Origin: a virus
Taxonomy: Duplodnaviria; Caudoviricetes
Virus record (IMG/VR): IMGVR_UViG_3300022074_005559
Length of the DNA: 64,000 nt
Strand: one strand, 5' to 3'
In this document: positions 27,794 through 36,616 of the stretch, one piece after another
Layout: the number at the start of each line of letters is the position of its first letter
How positions within the stretch are numbered: the stretch's first letter is position 1
Program-made: the position numbers and the translations under genes
Notes under the pieces: generated by a model
The model's database searches: none
Told to the model about the DNA's origin: nothing
The model's input: the letters and a program-made list of their open reading frames with translations, nothing else

Positions 27794-27796
27794 ACT
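27768..27796 (+). promoter_or_regulatory. sigma70-type promoter for queD-queE
   Basis: TTGACA 27768-27773, 17 nt, TAAACT 27791-27796. Confidence 0.65.
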
Positions 27797-27805
27797 ATAC
27801 ACAAT

Positions 27806-27845
27806 AGACGTCACAGGATCGTCCGTCTTAAAACATTCCGACCAT
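27806..27845 (+). promoter_or_regulatory. candidate structured leader (preQ1-I riboswitch-like hairpin/pseudoknot)
   Basis: AGACG/CGTCT stem, 13-nt loop TCACAGGATCGTC, A-rich tail TAAAAC, in the 5' UTR of queD; match to consensus is imperfect. Confidence 0.35.
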
Positions 27846-27862
27846 AACAGAAGGAGTGGGTA

Positions 27863-28342
27863 ATGCCCTATACAAGTACAAAAACATACGGACACAACAT
27901 TGGACTCAGTGCAGTGTTTCGTCAACCACATGCAGATCACAGTCATTGTAGATTCTTGCATGGCTACAGTCTAGCATTTAAGTTTACATTTGCATGCAGT
28001 GATTTAGATCACAGAAACTGGGTACAGGACTTTGGTGGACTAAAAGAACTGAAGAAATGGCTTGAAGAACAGTTTGATCACAAAGTTGTTATTGACAGTC
28101 AAGATCCTCACATGGAAGACTTTTATCATCTAGAGAAACTTGGACTTGCAGAGATTACAGTAATGGATGGTGTAGGCGCAGAGAAGTTCGCAGAACATGC
28201 TTGGCGCTTTGCAGATGAACTTGTACGCAATCAAACAGCAGGTCGTGTAAGTTGTGAAAGCGCAGAGTGCAGTGAGCATGGCGCAAACAGTGCAATCTAT
28301 ACACCATGGCAGGTGCGTAAAGAAACATTCACTGATGTATGA
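27863..28342 (+). CDS. queD: 6-carboxy-5,6,7,8-tetrahydropterin synthase
   Basis: HCRFLHGYS, DFG, FDH, CSEHGANSA. Confidence 0.9.
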   Translation: MPYTSTKTYGHNIGLSAVFRQPHADHSHCRFLHGYSLAFKFTFACSDLDHRNWVQDFGGLKELKKWLEEQFDHKVVIDSQDPHMEDFYHLEKLGLAEITVMDGVGAEKFAEHAWRFADELVRNQTAGRVSCESAECSEHGANSAIYTPWQVRKETFTDV

Positions 28343-29297
28343 AAGTCCAGTATTTGAAAAAGGTTATCCCTCACATGAAGCAGTTAATAGGAAGCCAGCA
28401 ATGAAACTTAGATACAGTGAAGCGTTTTACAGCGTACAAGGTGAAGGCAAGTTTGTAGGAGTACCCAGTGTGTTCCTACGCACATTTGGTTGTAACTTTC
28501 GTTGTATGAACTTTGGACTAGGCAGAAATGAGCCTAGTAGAGAAGAGAAGCACAATGCAGGACAGCGTTACAACGAAGAAGTAAAATCTTTGATTGACGC
28601 CGGAGTAGATAAAACAACAGAAAAGTTTGAAGACTTGCCTATCATTCACACAGGCTGTGATACATATGCAAGTATCTATCCAGAGTTTAAACATTTTAAC
28701 AAGCAAGCAACAGTTGATGAAGTAGTAGAACATCTGCTATCTCTTACACCTAACGGAAAATGGGTACAGGATAACGGACAAGATGTGCATCTTATCATTA
28801 CCGGCGGTGAGCCATTGTTAGCATGGCAAAGACTTTATGTAGACTTATTCGAACATCCAAAGATGAAGGACTTAAGAAATGTTACTTTTGAAACAAATAC
28901 AACACAAATGCTCTACCCTGAGCTCGCAGACTATTTCAACAATCAGGACAGGATTACAGTCACTTGGTCTTGCTCCCCAAAGTTATCAGTTAGCGGAGAG
29001 TCTTGGACAGACGCTATTAAGCCTGATGTGGCTGTTAGTTATAGCAATGTACGCGGCAGTGACATTTATCTTAAATTTGTCGTGGCTGATAGGGTTGATT
29101 TTGAAGAAGTCACTAAGGCTGTTGAAGAGTATCGTGGCGCCGGGATCGAGTGTCCAGTTTATCTTATGCCGCTTGGCGGACGTTCGGAAGAGTATAGCCT
29201 CAATGTTAAAGATGTCGCCGAAGCATGTATGGAGCGAGGTTGGCGCTTCACACCAAGGCTCCACATCAGTCTCTTCGGAAACGCTTGGGGAACCTAG
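28335..29297 (+). CDS. queE: 7-carboxy-7-deazaguanine synthase (radical SAM)
   Basis: YSEAFYSVQGEG, VFLRTFGCNFRC...GCDT, ITGGEP, FETN, CSPK, PRLH; directly follows queD. Confidence 0.9.
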   Translation: MYESPVFEKGYPSHEAVNRKPAMKLRYSEAFYSVQGEGKFVGVPSVFLRTFGCNFRCMNFGLGRNEPSREEKHNAGQRYNEEVKSLIDAGVDKTTEKFEDLPIIHTGCDTYASIYPEFKHFNKQATVDEVVEHLLSLTPNGKWVQDNGQDVHLIITGGEPLLAWQRLYVDLFEHPKMKDLRNVTFETNTTQMLYPELADYFNNQDRITVTWSCSPKLSVSGESWTDAIKPDVAVSYSNVRGSDIYLKFVVADRVDFEEVTKAVEEYRGAGIECPVYLMPLGGRSEEYSLNVKDVAEACMERGWRFTPRLHISLFGNAWGT

Positions 29298-29372
29298 TCC
29301 TGTACAGGATAAAAACAAAAAAGCAATGGCTGAGCCATTGGATGTAGATAAAATAAGAAAGGCAGGATATTA

Positions 29373-29537
29373 ATGAAAATATTTGTTAAACCAGCACTAA
29401 CATCAGCAAGTGCTTTCTGTTTAATGCTTGTAGCATTTAAATGGGGAGAAGGAATGATGATGTTAGCAGGATTGCTAATGCTAGCACATGCTGTCTGGGA
29501 TATTGCAGAAACAGTTAAGGATCGTCAAGATGTTTGA
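29373..29537 (+). CDS. small membrane protein (54 aa, not in ORF track)
   Basis: MKIFVKPALTSASAFCLMLVAFKWGEGMMMLAGLLMLAHAVWDIAETVKDRQDV; two hydrophobic helices. Confidence 0.55.
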   Translation: MKIFVKPALTSASAFCLMLVAFKWGEGMMMLAGLLMLAHAVWDIAETVKDRQDV

Positions 29538-29877
29538 TAAACTTTTTGGTAAGAAAAAAGAAGAACCTAAAAAGACAGTTGCTAAGAAAAAGAAAAGCGA
29601 GAAAGAACTCGCAACTGAACAAGGCGAACCTTGGGTAAGTGTACTAGGCATGGAACTGCATGAAGACAGTCTAGAACAAGGTGCATTTGAACTTGATTGG
29701 AATGACCTATTTGTTGCTAAACTTGTTCGTGCAGGCTATCCAGGTAAAACAGACGCAGACATTGTAGATAACTGGTTCCAGGATGTATGTCGTAACATTG
29801 TTATGGAAAGTTACGAAAAGGAACAAGCAATGAACAATGTAGAAAACATAGACGAGCACAGAAACGCTTATAAATGA
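29530..29877 (+). CDS. conserved hypothetical phage protein
   Basis: MFDKLFGKKK start; GAFELDWN...WFQDVC core. Confidence 0.7.
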   Translation: MFDKLFGKKKEEPKKTVAKKKKSEKELATEQGEPWVSVLGMELHEDSLEQGAFELDWNDLFVAKLVRAGYPGKTDADIVDNWFQDVCRNIVMESYEKEQAMNNVENIDEHRNAYK

Positions 29878-30578
29878 TTTACATAAATGGTGATAGCCAT
29901 AGTGCCGGAGCAGAACTAGTAAAAGACTACTGTTTTGCAGAAGATGATCCTAGATATGGTGCGTGGGGCAGACGCCCACATCCCGAGTCGACTCCTTTAA
30001 CTTTTGGTTATAAACTAGCCCAGACCTTAAACCAGCCTTTTCATACAGACGCCGAAAGTGCAAGCAGTAATGCAAGAATACTAAGAACAGCAACAAAGTT
30101 TGTAGAAGAAACAAATAACAAACGAGATTTATTTGTTCTAATAGGATGGACTACATGGGAGCGTGAAGAATGGAAATACGGAGAAGATTACTTGCAAGTC
30201 ACAGCAAGTGGTACAGATTCTGTGCCAGAAAATATGGTAGAAGAATACAAAAAGTGGGTAATAAAGCAAACACCACAAGAGCTAGAACGTAAAAAGTTAT
30301 ATTGGCAAAATCTTATAATGGAGTTCAGTAGCAACCTAGACGATCTAGGAATAAAGCATTTATTCTTTACTACAGATGAATATACACAATACCTTAAAGA
30401 ACATGGTTACCAAACTGTAAACAACGGGTATCATTTCGGAGTTGATGGTCATGTTGCTTGGTACAAAAAACTTTTACCTGAGATACAAAGTCAATACACA
30501 ATCAAAACAGGCTTGACAAATACACCAAAACGTAGTATAGTAACTAAAGCTAAACAACAGTTTAAAGGTTTTAACTAA
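29874..30578 (+). CDS. SGNH hydrolase-like protein
   Basis: INGDSHSAG block I, SSNARILR, HFGVDGH. Confidence 0.6.
   Translation: MIYINGDSHSAGAELVKDYCFAEDDPRYGAWGRRPHPESTPLTFGYKLAQTLNQPFHTDAESASSNARILRTATKFVEETNNKRDLFVLIGWTTWEREEWKYGEDYLQVTASGTDSVPENMVEEYKKWVIKQTPQELERKKLYWQNLIMEFSSNLDDLGIKHLFFTTDEYTQYLKEHGYQTVNNGYHFGVDGHVAWYKKLLPEIQSQYTIKTGLTNTPKRSIVTKAKQQFKGFN
30513..30541 (+). promoter_or_regulatory. sigma70-type promoter inside the upstream CDS
   Basis: TTGACA 30513-30518, 17 nt, TATAGT 30536-30541, 37 nt before the RNase H ATG. Confidence 0.6.
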
Positions 30579-31585
30579 TGGCAACTTATCTACTAGTTGA
30601 TACTATGAATACATTCTTTCGTGCTAGACATGTAGTGCGAGGAGATGCTGAGACAAAGATTGGCATGGCTATTCATATCACACTAAACGCCGTCAATAAA
30701 TGTTATCGCAAGTTCAATGCAGATCATGTTGTATTTGCCCTAGAAGGACGCAGTTGGCGCAAAGACTTCTATACTCCATACAAAAAGAATAGAAGCGACA
30801 AGCGGGCGGCACAGAGCCCTACAGAGCAAGAAGAGGACGCATTGTTCTTTGAGGCGTATGATGACTTCTTAAAGTTTATTGATGAACGCACAAACTGTAG
30901 TGCTATGCGCTGTGAGATTGCTGAAGCAGATGATATCATTGCACGTTTCATCGCACTACATCCTAATGATACACACGTTATTGTAAGCAGTGACACAGAC
31001 TTTGTACAGTTGATTACACCTACAGTGCATCAGTACAACGGTATCACAAACGAGTTGATCAAGATTGATGGCGTAGTAGACGATGAAGGCAAGCCTGTGT
31101 TGGATAAAAAAACAGGGGAACAAAAAGTTCCTGCTGATCCTCAGTATCAACTGTTTAAGAAATGCATGCGTGGTGATCCTACAGACAATGTGTTTAGTGC
31201 GTATCCTGGTGTGCGTGAGAAAGGCAGTAGCAAAAAAGTTGGACTAGTAGAAGCATATGCAGACAAAAACAGCAAAGGCTTTGCTTGGAACAATCTTATG
31301 CTACAGCGTTGGACAGATCACAATGGCGAAGAGCATCGTGTACTTGACGACTATGAGCGCAATGTAGTGCTTGTGGATTTGACTGCACAGCCCGCAGAGA
31401 TTCGTGATTATGTTGATGACATTATCCGTGAAGGTGCTAGTGCAAAAAACAAGCCTATGGTAGGGGCACACTTTTTAAAGTTCTGTGGTAAGTGGGATAT
31501 GCAACGCATTGCAGATAACGCACAACAGTTTGCAGAACTGTTAAATGCAAACTATGTGGAGGATAAAGATGCAGTTCGTGGCTAA
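30578..31585 (+). CDS. rnh: T4 RNase H-like 5'-3' exonuclease (FEN/PIN fold)
   Basis: LLVDTMN, SWRKDFY..YK..R, EADDII, SSDTDFVQL, MRGDPTDNV. Confidence 0.9.
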   Translation: MATYLLVDTMNTFFRARHVVRGDAETKIGMAIHITLNAVNKCYRKFNADHVVFALEGRSWRKDFYTPYKKNRSDKRAAQSPTEQEEDALFFEAYDDFLKFIDERTNCSAMRCEIAEADDIIARFIALHPNDTHVIVSSDTDFVQLITPTVHQYNGITNELIKIDGVVDDEGKPVLDKKTGEQKVPADPQYQLFKKCMRGDPTDNVFSAYPGVREKGSSKKVGLVEAYADKNSKGFAWNNLMLQRWTDHNGEEHRVLDDYERNVVLVDLTAQPAEIRDYVDDIIREGASAKNKPMVGAHFLKFCGKWDMQRIADNAQQFAELLNANYVEDKDAVRG

Positions 31586-32027
31586 GCCTGTTCTAGAAAA
31601 TAAGTTCTGGATTGTAGAAAACGATGGTCAAAAAGTTGGCACTATTCGCAGTAGTGATCAAGGTATTGTATTGCAAGTAGGAGATGTAAACAAAACATTC
31701 AGTTGCATCAAAGACCTTGTCAATGTAACATTTGAAGGCAAGAATGCAGAAAAGACTGAGAAGCAAGAGCACGAAGTACACGGGTATCCTTGCAAAACAA
31801 CACCATACAATCCAATCTATGACCTCAAACGCAAACTTCCTATCTACACAAAAACACAAAACAGCCAAAGTTTTTTCTGTGCTGGTTACTATGTAGTGCA
31901 TTGGGAAGATGGAAGTCATAGCCCAAGTTACTGTCCTAAGTTGATTACACTGAGTAGATATGATTTTGATGGACCTTTCAAAACAAAACTTGAAATGCAA
32001 GAAACACTGAGACGGGCAAATGGCTAG
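31569..32027 (+). CDS. conserved hypothetical phage protein
   Basis: Start at MQFVAKPV; SQSFFCAGYY, CPKLITL, GPFKT. Confidence 0.7.
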   Translation: MQFVAKPVLENKFWIVENDGQKVGTIRSSDQGIVLQVGDVNKTFSCIKDLVNVTFEGKNAEKTEKQEHEVHGYPCKTTPYNPIYDLKRKLPIYTKTQNSQSFFCAGYYVVHWEDGSHSPSYCPKLITLSRYDFDGPFKTKLEMQETLRRANG

Positions 32028-32232
32028 ACCTCAGTTTCCTAACTTAGATAGATTTGCACACAGTTGTATTAACCTGCGCAAAGACAGTTTGACTGTACCA
32101 GCGCAGGATGCACGTGGTGTAGCAAACGATTACACCCGCCTACTTGAGTATATCACTGAACTACAAAACACTGTTATCGAACTTAAACTAAACGATACTA
32201 TTACAGTAGAGTTAGACAATGGTGAGTTCTAA
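32020..32232 (+). CDS. hypothetical protein
   Basis: 70 aa, coupled to both neighbours. Confidence 0.6.
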   Translation: MARPQFPNLDRFAHSCINLRKDSLTVPAQDARGVANDYTRLLEYITELQNTVIELKLNDTITVELDNGEF

Positions 32233-32959
32233 ACATATACTACTGCATTTTCCTGGTCATCACGGAAACTTTCTCAGTAGAATGTTTGACTTTGCTAGTG
32301 GGCGATCAGAACCGTTTGACATTTTCACAAACAACGGTACAGCTCACAACAACAAGAAAACAAACCCTCATAAAACTTTTAAGAATGCTCATCCAGGAGA
32401 ACTTCTCGGAGAGTACGACAATGAGTTTGCACTAACAGGAAAAGACGTAAGTATCACTTATACTACAGACTTTGTATATGAGACAGTTTATCTACTGTTT
32501 AAGGCAAACAGAGACAGAGGTATTGACTTATTAGATGATAATCAACTGCATTTGGCTACCGGTCTTACACTGGATAATCATGAAAATCGTAATATACTGG
32601 TAGATCCAACTGCATTTGAAAATCATTGGGAATGGTTAATATATCAGTTTCATGTTGTAGCAGAACTACAACAGCATCACAAACCACTCGATTACTCATT
32701 CAGTGTACACTGGATTTACAGCGACAACTTTGAAAACCAACTCAAACATTTGTTAGACTTTTATGGTGAAGAATACAAACATAGTGTTGCACATCATCAT
32801 GCAAAGTTTTTAAAGTTAAGACAGCCTATGCTTGATACAAAAGGCAAAGTAGGTAGTATGTTTCAAAACGCATATCTAGCCTGGCAAAAGCAAACTCCTC
32901 CAACAATAAATCCTGCTATCATAGGACCTAGATACAAAGACTCATTTAAAAATCATTAA
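32219..32959 (+). CDS. hypothetical protein, possibly sulfotransferase/P-loop-like
   Basis: N-terminal ILLHFPGHHGNFL resembles a degenerate PAPS-binding loop; weak. Confidence 0.4.
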   Translation: MVSSKHILLHFPGHHGNFLSRMFDFASGRSEPFDIFTNNGTAHNNKKTNPHKTFKNAHPGELLGEYDNEFALTGKDVSITYTTDFVYETVYLLFKANRDRGIDLLDDNQLHLATGLTLDNHENRNILVDPTAFENHWEWLIYQFHVVAELQQHHKPLDYSFSVHWIYSDNFENQLKHLLDFYGEEYKHSVAHHHAKFLKLRQPMLDTKGKVGSMFQNAYLAWQKQTPPTINPAIIGPRYKDSFKNH

Positions 32960-32974
32960 ATACGCATATTTCTG

Positions 32975-32982
32975 TATAAATA
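32975..32982 (+). promoter_or_regulatory. T4-type late promoter consensus TATAAATA
   Basis: Exact octamer in the intergenic gap before ATG 33015. Confidence 0.5.
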
Positions 32983-33014
32983 ATAGTAGCATATTACTAA
33001 GTGAGATCCAGAAA

Positions 33015-33302
33015 ATGAGTAGACCAAAACCTACGGTGTTGTTGGAAAAAGTCGAGAAAGAAACTTATAAAACAGAACAAGTGCTTCAGAGCGAAGGCAT
33101 TTGGGCAGTTTACTACAACAACAAACCAATCAATCTAAAAACATTCAATATGCTTATCAGTTACCCTGGACCAAAGTACAAAAAGGTATCCTTTAGTAAC
33201 CCTGGGCATGCTATTAACTTAGCCAAAAAACTCAACAAACAATATACCACAGATCAGTTCACAGTTGTACTATTAGACAAAGGCGAACAGATTTACCCAT
33301 GA
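33015..33302 (+). CDS. conserved hypothetical phage protein
   Basis: MSRPKP start, YPGPKYKKVSFSNPGHA motif. Confidence 0.75.
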   Translation: MSRPKPTVLLEKVEKETYKTEQVLQSEGIWAVYYNNKPINLKTFNMLISYPGPKYKKVSFSNPGHAINLAKKLNKQYTTDQFTVVLLDKGEQIYP

Positions 33303-33303
33303 C

Positions 33304-33675
33304 ATGCGCACTAAAGATGAATACACTGTAGCATTCATTGAAAATGATCCCAAAGAACCTAAAATGGGATTCGCTCAAGCATACAATCTCTGGTGGCAGA
33401 ACCAACGCAGAGACGGTGGCTTTAGACTTCATGCTCGTGGTTACAAACACTGTACATCTGCTCTAAAACTAGAACATTTTAACATAGCACTACCAGATGT
33501 AAGCATCACCAGTAGATTCTTATTAGATCTTGACAGATTCATCAAAACACCTTATTATATAAAGAACATTAACAAAAAGGATAAAAGCATAGTGTTATTT
33601 GATAAGAAAACATATTTTGCTTTGACCATGTACAACAACGACTTTGAGAAGTTTATTAATGCACACAAAGTTTAA
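33304..33675 (+). CDS. hypothetical protein
   Basis: 123 aa; WWQN.R..GGFRL, PYYI motifs. Confidence 0.7.
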   Translation: MRTKDEYTVAFIENDPKEPKMGFAQAYNLWWQNQRRDGGFRLHARGYKHCTSALKLEHFNIALPDVSITSRFLLDLDRFIKTPYYIKNINKKDKSIVLFDKKTYFALTMYNNDFEKFINAHKV

Positions 33676-33922
33676 GCACTGGAATACACGAGAACTAAGC
33701 GACACACATTGGCGCTGGATCGTTACAGCAGAAGTGCCCAATCACACACCAAAAGAAAAGAAGAGATTTTTGAACTGGATGTACCAATATTTTGGAGAAC
33801 CAGGCAATCGTTGGAGCATACGTTGGAGTATGCTGGGCGTAGATATACGCTTTCACAAGCCCAAAGACTACTTTAAGTTTAAGATGTTTCACACTGTAGA
33901 ACCCGATAAAGACGATTTTTAA
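33659..33922 (+). CDS. hypothetical protein
   Basis: About 87 aa, Trp-rich; start at 33659 chosen. Confidence 0.6.
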   Translation: MHTKFKHWNTRELSDTHWRWIVTAEVPNHTPKEKKRFLNWMYQYFGEPGNRWSIRWSMLGVDIRFHKPKDYFKFKMFHTVEPDKDDF

Positions 33923-33932
33923 ACACTTTTTA

Positions 33933-33962
33933 GGTTGACACATTTGTATAGTGTGCTATGTT
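33933..33962 (+). promoter_or_regulatory. GGTTGACA-N16-TATGTT promoter
   Basis: TTGACA 33935-33940, 16 nt ending TGC, TATGTT; SD GAGGAG. Confidence 0.75.
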
Positions 33963-33992
33963 TAATAGTAAGTTGTTTTTGAGGAGAGAGAC

Positions 33993-34145
33993 ATGATTAA
34001 GTATTTCATTATTACCGCTAATATGAAAAATGGTGATGCTTGGGAAACAAGGCGTCATACTAAAGCAGGTTTGGATACAGTAATCCAAGAAATCCTTAAA
34101 GATGAACAAGTTGAAAACTTCACAGTGGTTGAGGTAGGTGTATAA
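33993..34145 (+). CDS. small hypothetical protein (50 aa, not in ORF track)
   Basis: MIKYFIITANMKNGDAWETRRH...; strong SD; TAATG-coupled to the next ORF. Confidence 0.7.
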   Translation: MIKYFIITANMKNGDAWETRRHTKAGLDTVIQEILKDEQVENFTVVEVGV

Positions 34146-34378
34146 TGGAAGTTGGTACAGTAGTCGTCCTAACTGGCATTAGTCGCCATGGTAAAAACCG
34201 CATTGAACAGCATGGTAATCCATGGACTGTAAACGCAATAGGCTCATTCAACGGCAATGATGCAGTGCGTATGCGCAGTGAAAATGAAACATTTAACCTA
34301 GGGCGAGGTCGTAAAATGCACGACGAACGCTGGGTGTTTTTAAAAGAAGATCCTAACTTTAGATATGAGGTAGTATAA
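34145..34378 (+). CDS. hypothetical protein
   Basis: 77 aa; GISRHGKNRIEQHG motif. Confidence 0.7.
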   Translation: MEVGTVVVLTGISRHGKNRIEQHGNPWTVNAIGSFNGNDAVRMRSENETFNLGRGRKMHDERWVFLKEDPNFRYEVV

Positions 34379-34533
34379 TGTATTGGTTAGAAATAGCAAT
34401 GCCTGACGGCGAACTAATGATTTGGGAATATATGGATGCCCAACAAATGATGTTTTTGCGTAATATGTATATGCAACAAAATCTACCTGTTCGTAGCGGA
34501 AAGCACGAAGAAAAGGTTGACAACGTAGCATAA
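34378..34533 (+). CDS. small hypothetical protein (51 aa, not in ORF track)
   Basis: MYWLEIAMPDGELMIWEY...; TAATG-coupled. Confidence 0.6.
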   Translation: MYWLEIAMPDGELMIWEYMDAQQMMFLRNMYMQQNLPVRSGKHEEKVDNVA

Positions 34534-34544
34534 GATGTTACTAT
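34515..34544 (+). promoter_or_regulatory. GGTTGACA-N16-TACTAT promoter
   Basis: TTGACA 34517-34522, 16 nt ending TGT, TACTAT 34539-34544. Confidence 0.7.
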
Positions 34545-34576
34545 ATATTGTAAGTTAACAAAACGGAGAAGAGACT

Positions 34577-35686
34577 ATGTCAGCAGTTGATGCAAGAACA
34601 GTTACAGTAAAAGAGGCGATTAGCCGAGTAACCCGTGCTATTGAAAAAGATCGTCCATTGTTCCTTTGGGGACCTCCAGGTGTTGGTAAGAGTGAACTCT
34701 GCCAAGGCATTGTAGATAGTGGTGCGTTAGGTAAGGCAAAACTTATCGATATTCGTGCTAGTTTGTTGGATCCCACAGACGTTCGTGGTTTTCCGGCTCC
34801 TGATGTAGCAAACAACAGAATGGTTTGGTTACCACCTGTAGACTTTCCTACAGAAGAAGAAGCCGCACAATATGACACTATTCTCATCCTGTTTGATGAA
34901 CTTAACAGTGGTGCACAGGCTGTGCAAGCGGCACTATACCAGTTGATTCTTAACAAGCGTGTTGGTCAGTATGTACTGCCTAAGAATGTGCGTATTGTTG
35001 CCGCTGGCAACCGTGAGAGCGATAAAGGTGTTACATATCGTATGCCTACTCCGCTTGCTAACCGTTTTGTACACCTTGAGATCCGTGCAGACTTTGAAGC
35101 ATGGCTGGATTGGGCTGTGACTAACAAAGTCCATGAGGATGTAGTTGGTTACATTTCGTTTGCTAAGGCAGACTTGTTTGACTTTGATCCTCGCACTAGC
35201 GGGCATGCTTTTGCTACGCCTCGGGCTTGGACTTTTGTAAGCCAGTTCTGTGAAGATGATGACATCTTAGATGCTGAACTTACAGACTTGGTAGCAGGCA
35301 CTGTTGGCGAAGGCATTGCAGTGAAGTTTATGAATCACCGCAAGTTTGCTAAAGACATGCCTAATCCAGAAGACATCCTTAACGGCAAGGTTAAGGAGTG
35401 TAAGATCAAAGAGATCTCGGCACAGTATGCACTGACTATTGGCATGTGCTATGAACTGCAGGATCAGTTTGAGAAGATGGGCAAGGATGATGTTGATGGA
35501 TGGCACAAACTTGCTGATAACTTCTTCCGCTTTATGATGGACTTCTTCCCAACGGAGATGACTGTAATGGGTTGTCGTGTTGCTATCAACCAGTACAACC
35601 TTCCTTTCCAACCAGATAAGCTCAAGCATTTCGATGAGTTTTACGATCGCTTTGGCAAGTATGTTGCCGCTAGTAACGAAGACTAG
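34577..35686 (+). CDS. MoxR-like AAA+ ATPase
   Basis: Walker A GPPGVGKS, Walker B LFDELN, AAGN, PLANRF, TPRAW. Confidence 0.9.
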   Translation: MSAVDARTVTVKEAISRVTRAIEKDRPLFLWGPPGVGKSELCQGIVDSGALGKAKLIDIRASLLDPTDVRGFPAPDVANNRMVWLPPVDFPTEEEAAQYDTILILFDELNSGAQAVQAALYQLILNKRVGQYVLPKNVRIVAAGNRESDKGVTYRMPTPLANRFVHLEIRADFEAWLDWAVTNKVHEDVVGYISFAKADLFDFDPRTSGHAFATPRAWTFVSQFCEDDDILDAELTDLVAGTVGEGIAVKFMNHRKFAKDMPNPEDILNGKVKECKIKEISAQYALTIGMCYELQDQFEKMGKDDVDGWHKLADNFFRFMMDFFPTEMTVMGCRVAINQYNLPFQPDKLKHFDEFYDRFGKYVAASNED

Positions 35687-35687
35687 C

Positions 35688-35717
35688 GGTTGACACATCC
35701 TTGTATGATGCTATACT
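35688..35717 (+). promoter_or_regulatory. GGTTGACA-N16-TATACT promoter
   Basis: TTGACA 35690-35695, 16 nt ending TGC, TATACT 35712-35717. Confidence 0.75.
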
Positions 35718-35746
35718 ATATGTATAGTTAGAAGAGAGGACAAGAC

Positions 35747-36616
35747 ATGAACTACAGTTTCGCACTTGAAACCCGCATTGATGCCCTGCTCCAGAAGCGG
35801 GGTATCTTCGGTCATACTGCCGCAGATCGTTTTGTAGCAGATTTTAAAGCCTATCTCTGTTATTTTGCACACAAGTTTGATGCTAGTGCAGAAGCAACGG
35901 TTGCTCTGCTAGAAGATGATTCTAAACTAGTAAACAGTGAAATACTTAATAAAAACTTCCGTGCTACTTTTGCAGATCTGATTCCAGATGCACTGATGCA
36001 AGATCCTATTTTTCCTACATTGTTTAGACAGTTACTTGACAACAACGGTAAAGGCATTGGCATTGGCGAGTTGGTTCTTCCGTTGATTATGACTGACTAC
36101 AGTTTTAGTGTTGTAAGCGACGGAGAAATGGCAAACGGTGCTAAAGTTGAGATTAAAAAGAATGGTGCTAGTTTGAAGCCAGTTGCAACCGGACTGACTG
36201 ACAAAGGGCTAGTTGATAAACTTAATAAAAAATACTTTAATGGCACTGCACCCGGCAAGGTACAAAAGAAGCAGTTCGAACAGCATCTTGCAGAAGTAAA
36301 AGATCCTGCGACATATGCTGATTACTTCCGCGAACTGTATGTTGGCTGTGATACTACAGAACTTGCAGAGGAAGTACAAAAGGTGTACACTGATGCACAA
36401 GCATTTAACAAAGCAGTTGGCAAGTTTGCCCTTAAAAACTACCAGCGTGTAGATGGCTGGAACAACATCCTGTACATTGATGATAAGAAAATGACAGTGG
36501 TAAACATTGCTGACATTACTGACATTGATTCACTTGGTGTAAAGTTTAGTCCAAAGTTGTTGCGTGGTGGCGATACACAAGCCATTGCTGACGGATATGT
36601 GAACGTAAACATATGA
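35747..36616 (+). CDS. putative PD-(D/E)xK nuclease-like protein
   Basis: GIGE...SDG...KVEIK pattern; ATGA-coupled to a DNA methyltransferase. Confidence 0.45.
   Translation: MNYSFALETRIDALLQKRGIFGHTAADRFVADFKAYLCYFAHKFDASAEATVALLEDDSKLVNSEILNKNFRATFADLIPDALMQDPIFPTLFRQLLDNNGKGIGIGELVLPLIMTDYSFSVVSDGEMANGAKVEIKKNGASLKPVATGLTDKGLVDKLNKKYFNGTAPGKVQKKQFEQHLAEVKDPATYADYFRELYVGCDTTELAEEVQKVYTDAQAFNKAVGKFALKNYQRVDGWNNILYIDDKKMTVVNIADITDIDSLGVKFSPKLLRGGDTQAIADGYVNVNI

Noticed and set aside
28879-29373. 164-aa + strand ORF overlapping queE
   Set aside because: Out-of-frame overlap with the conserved queE C-terminus; no motif.
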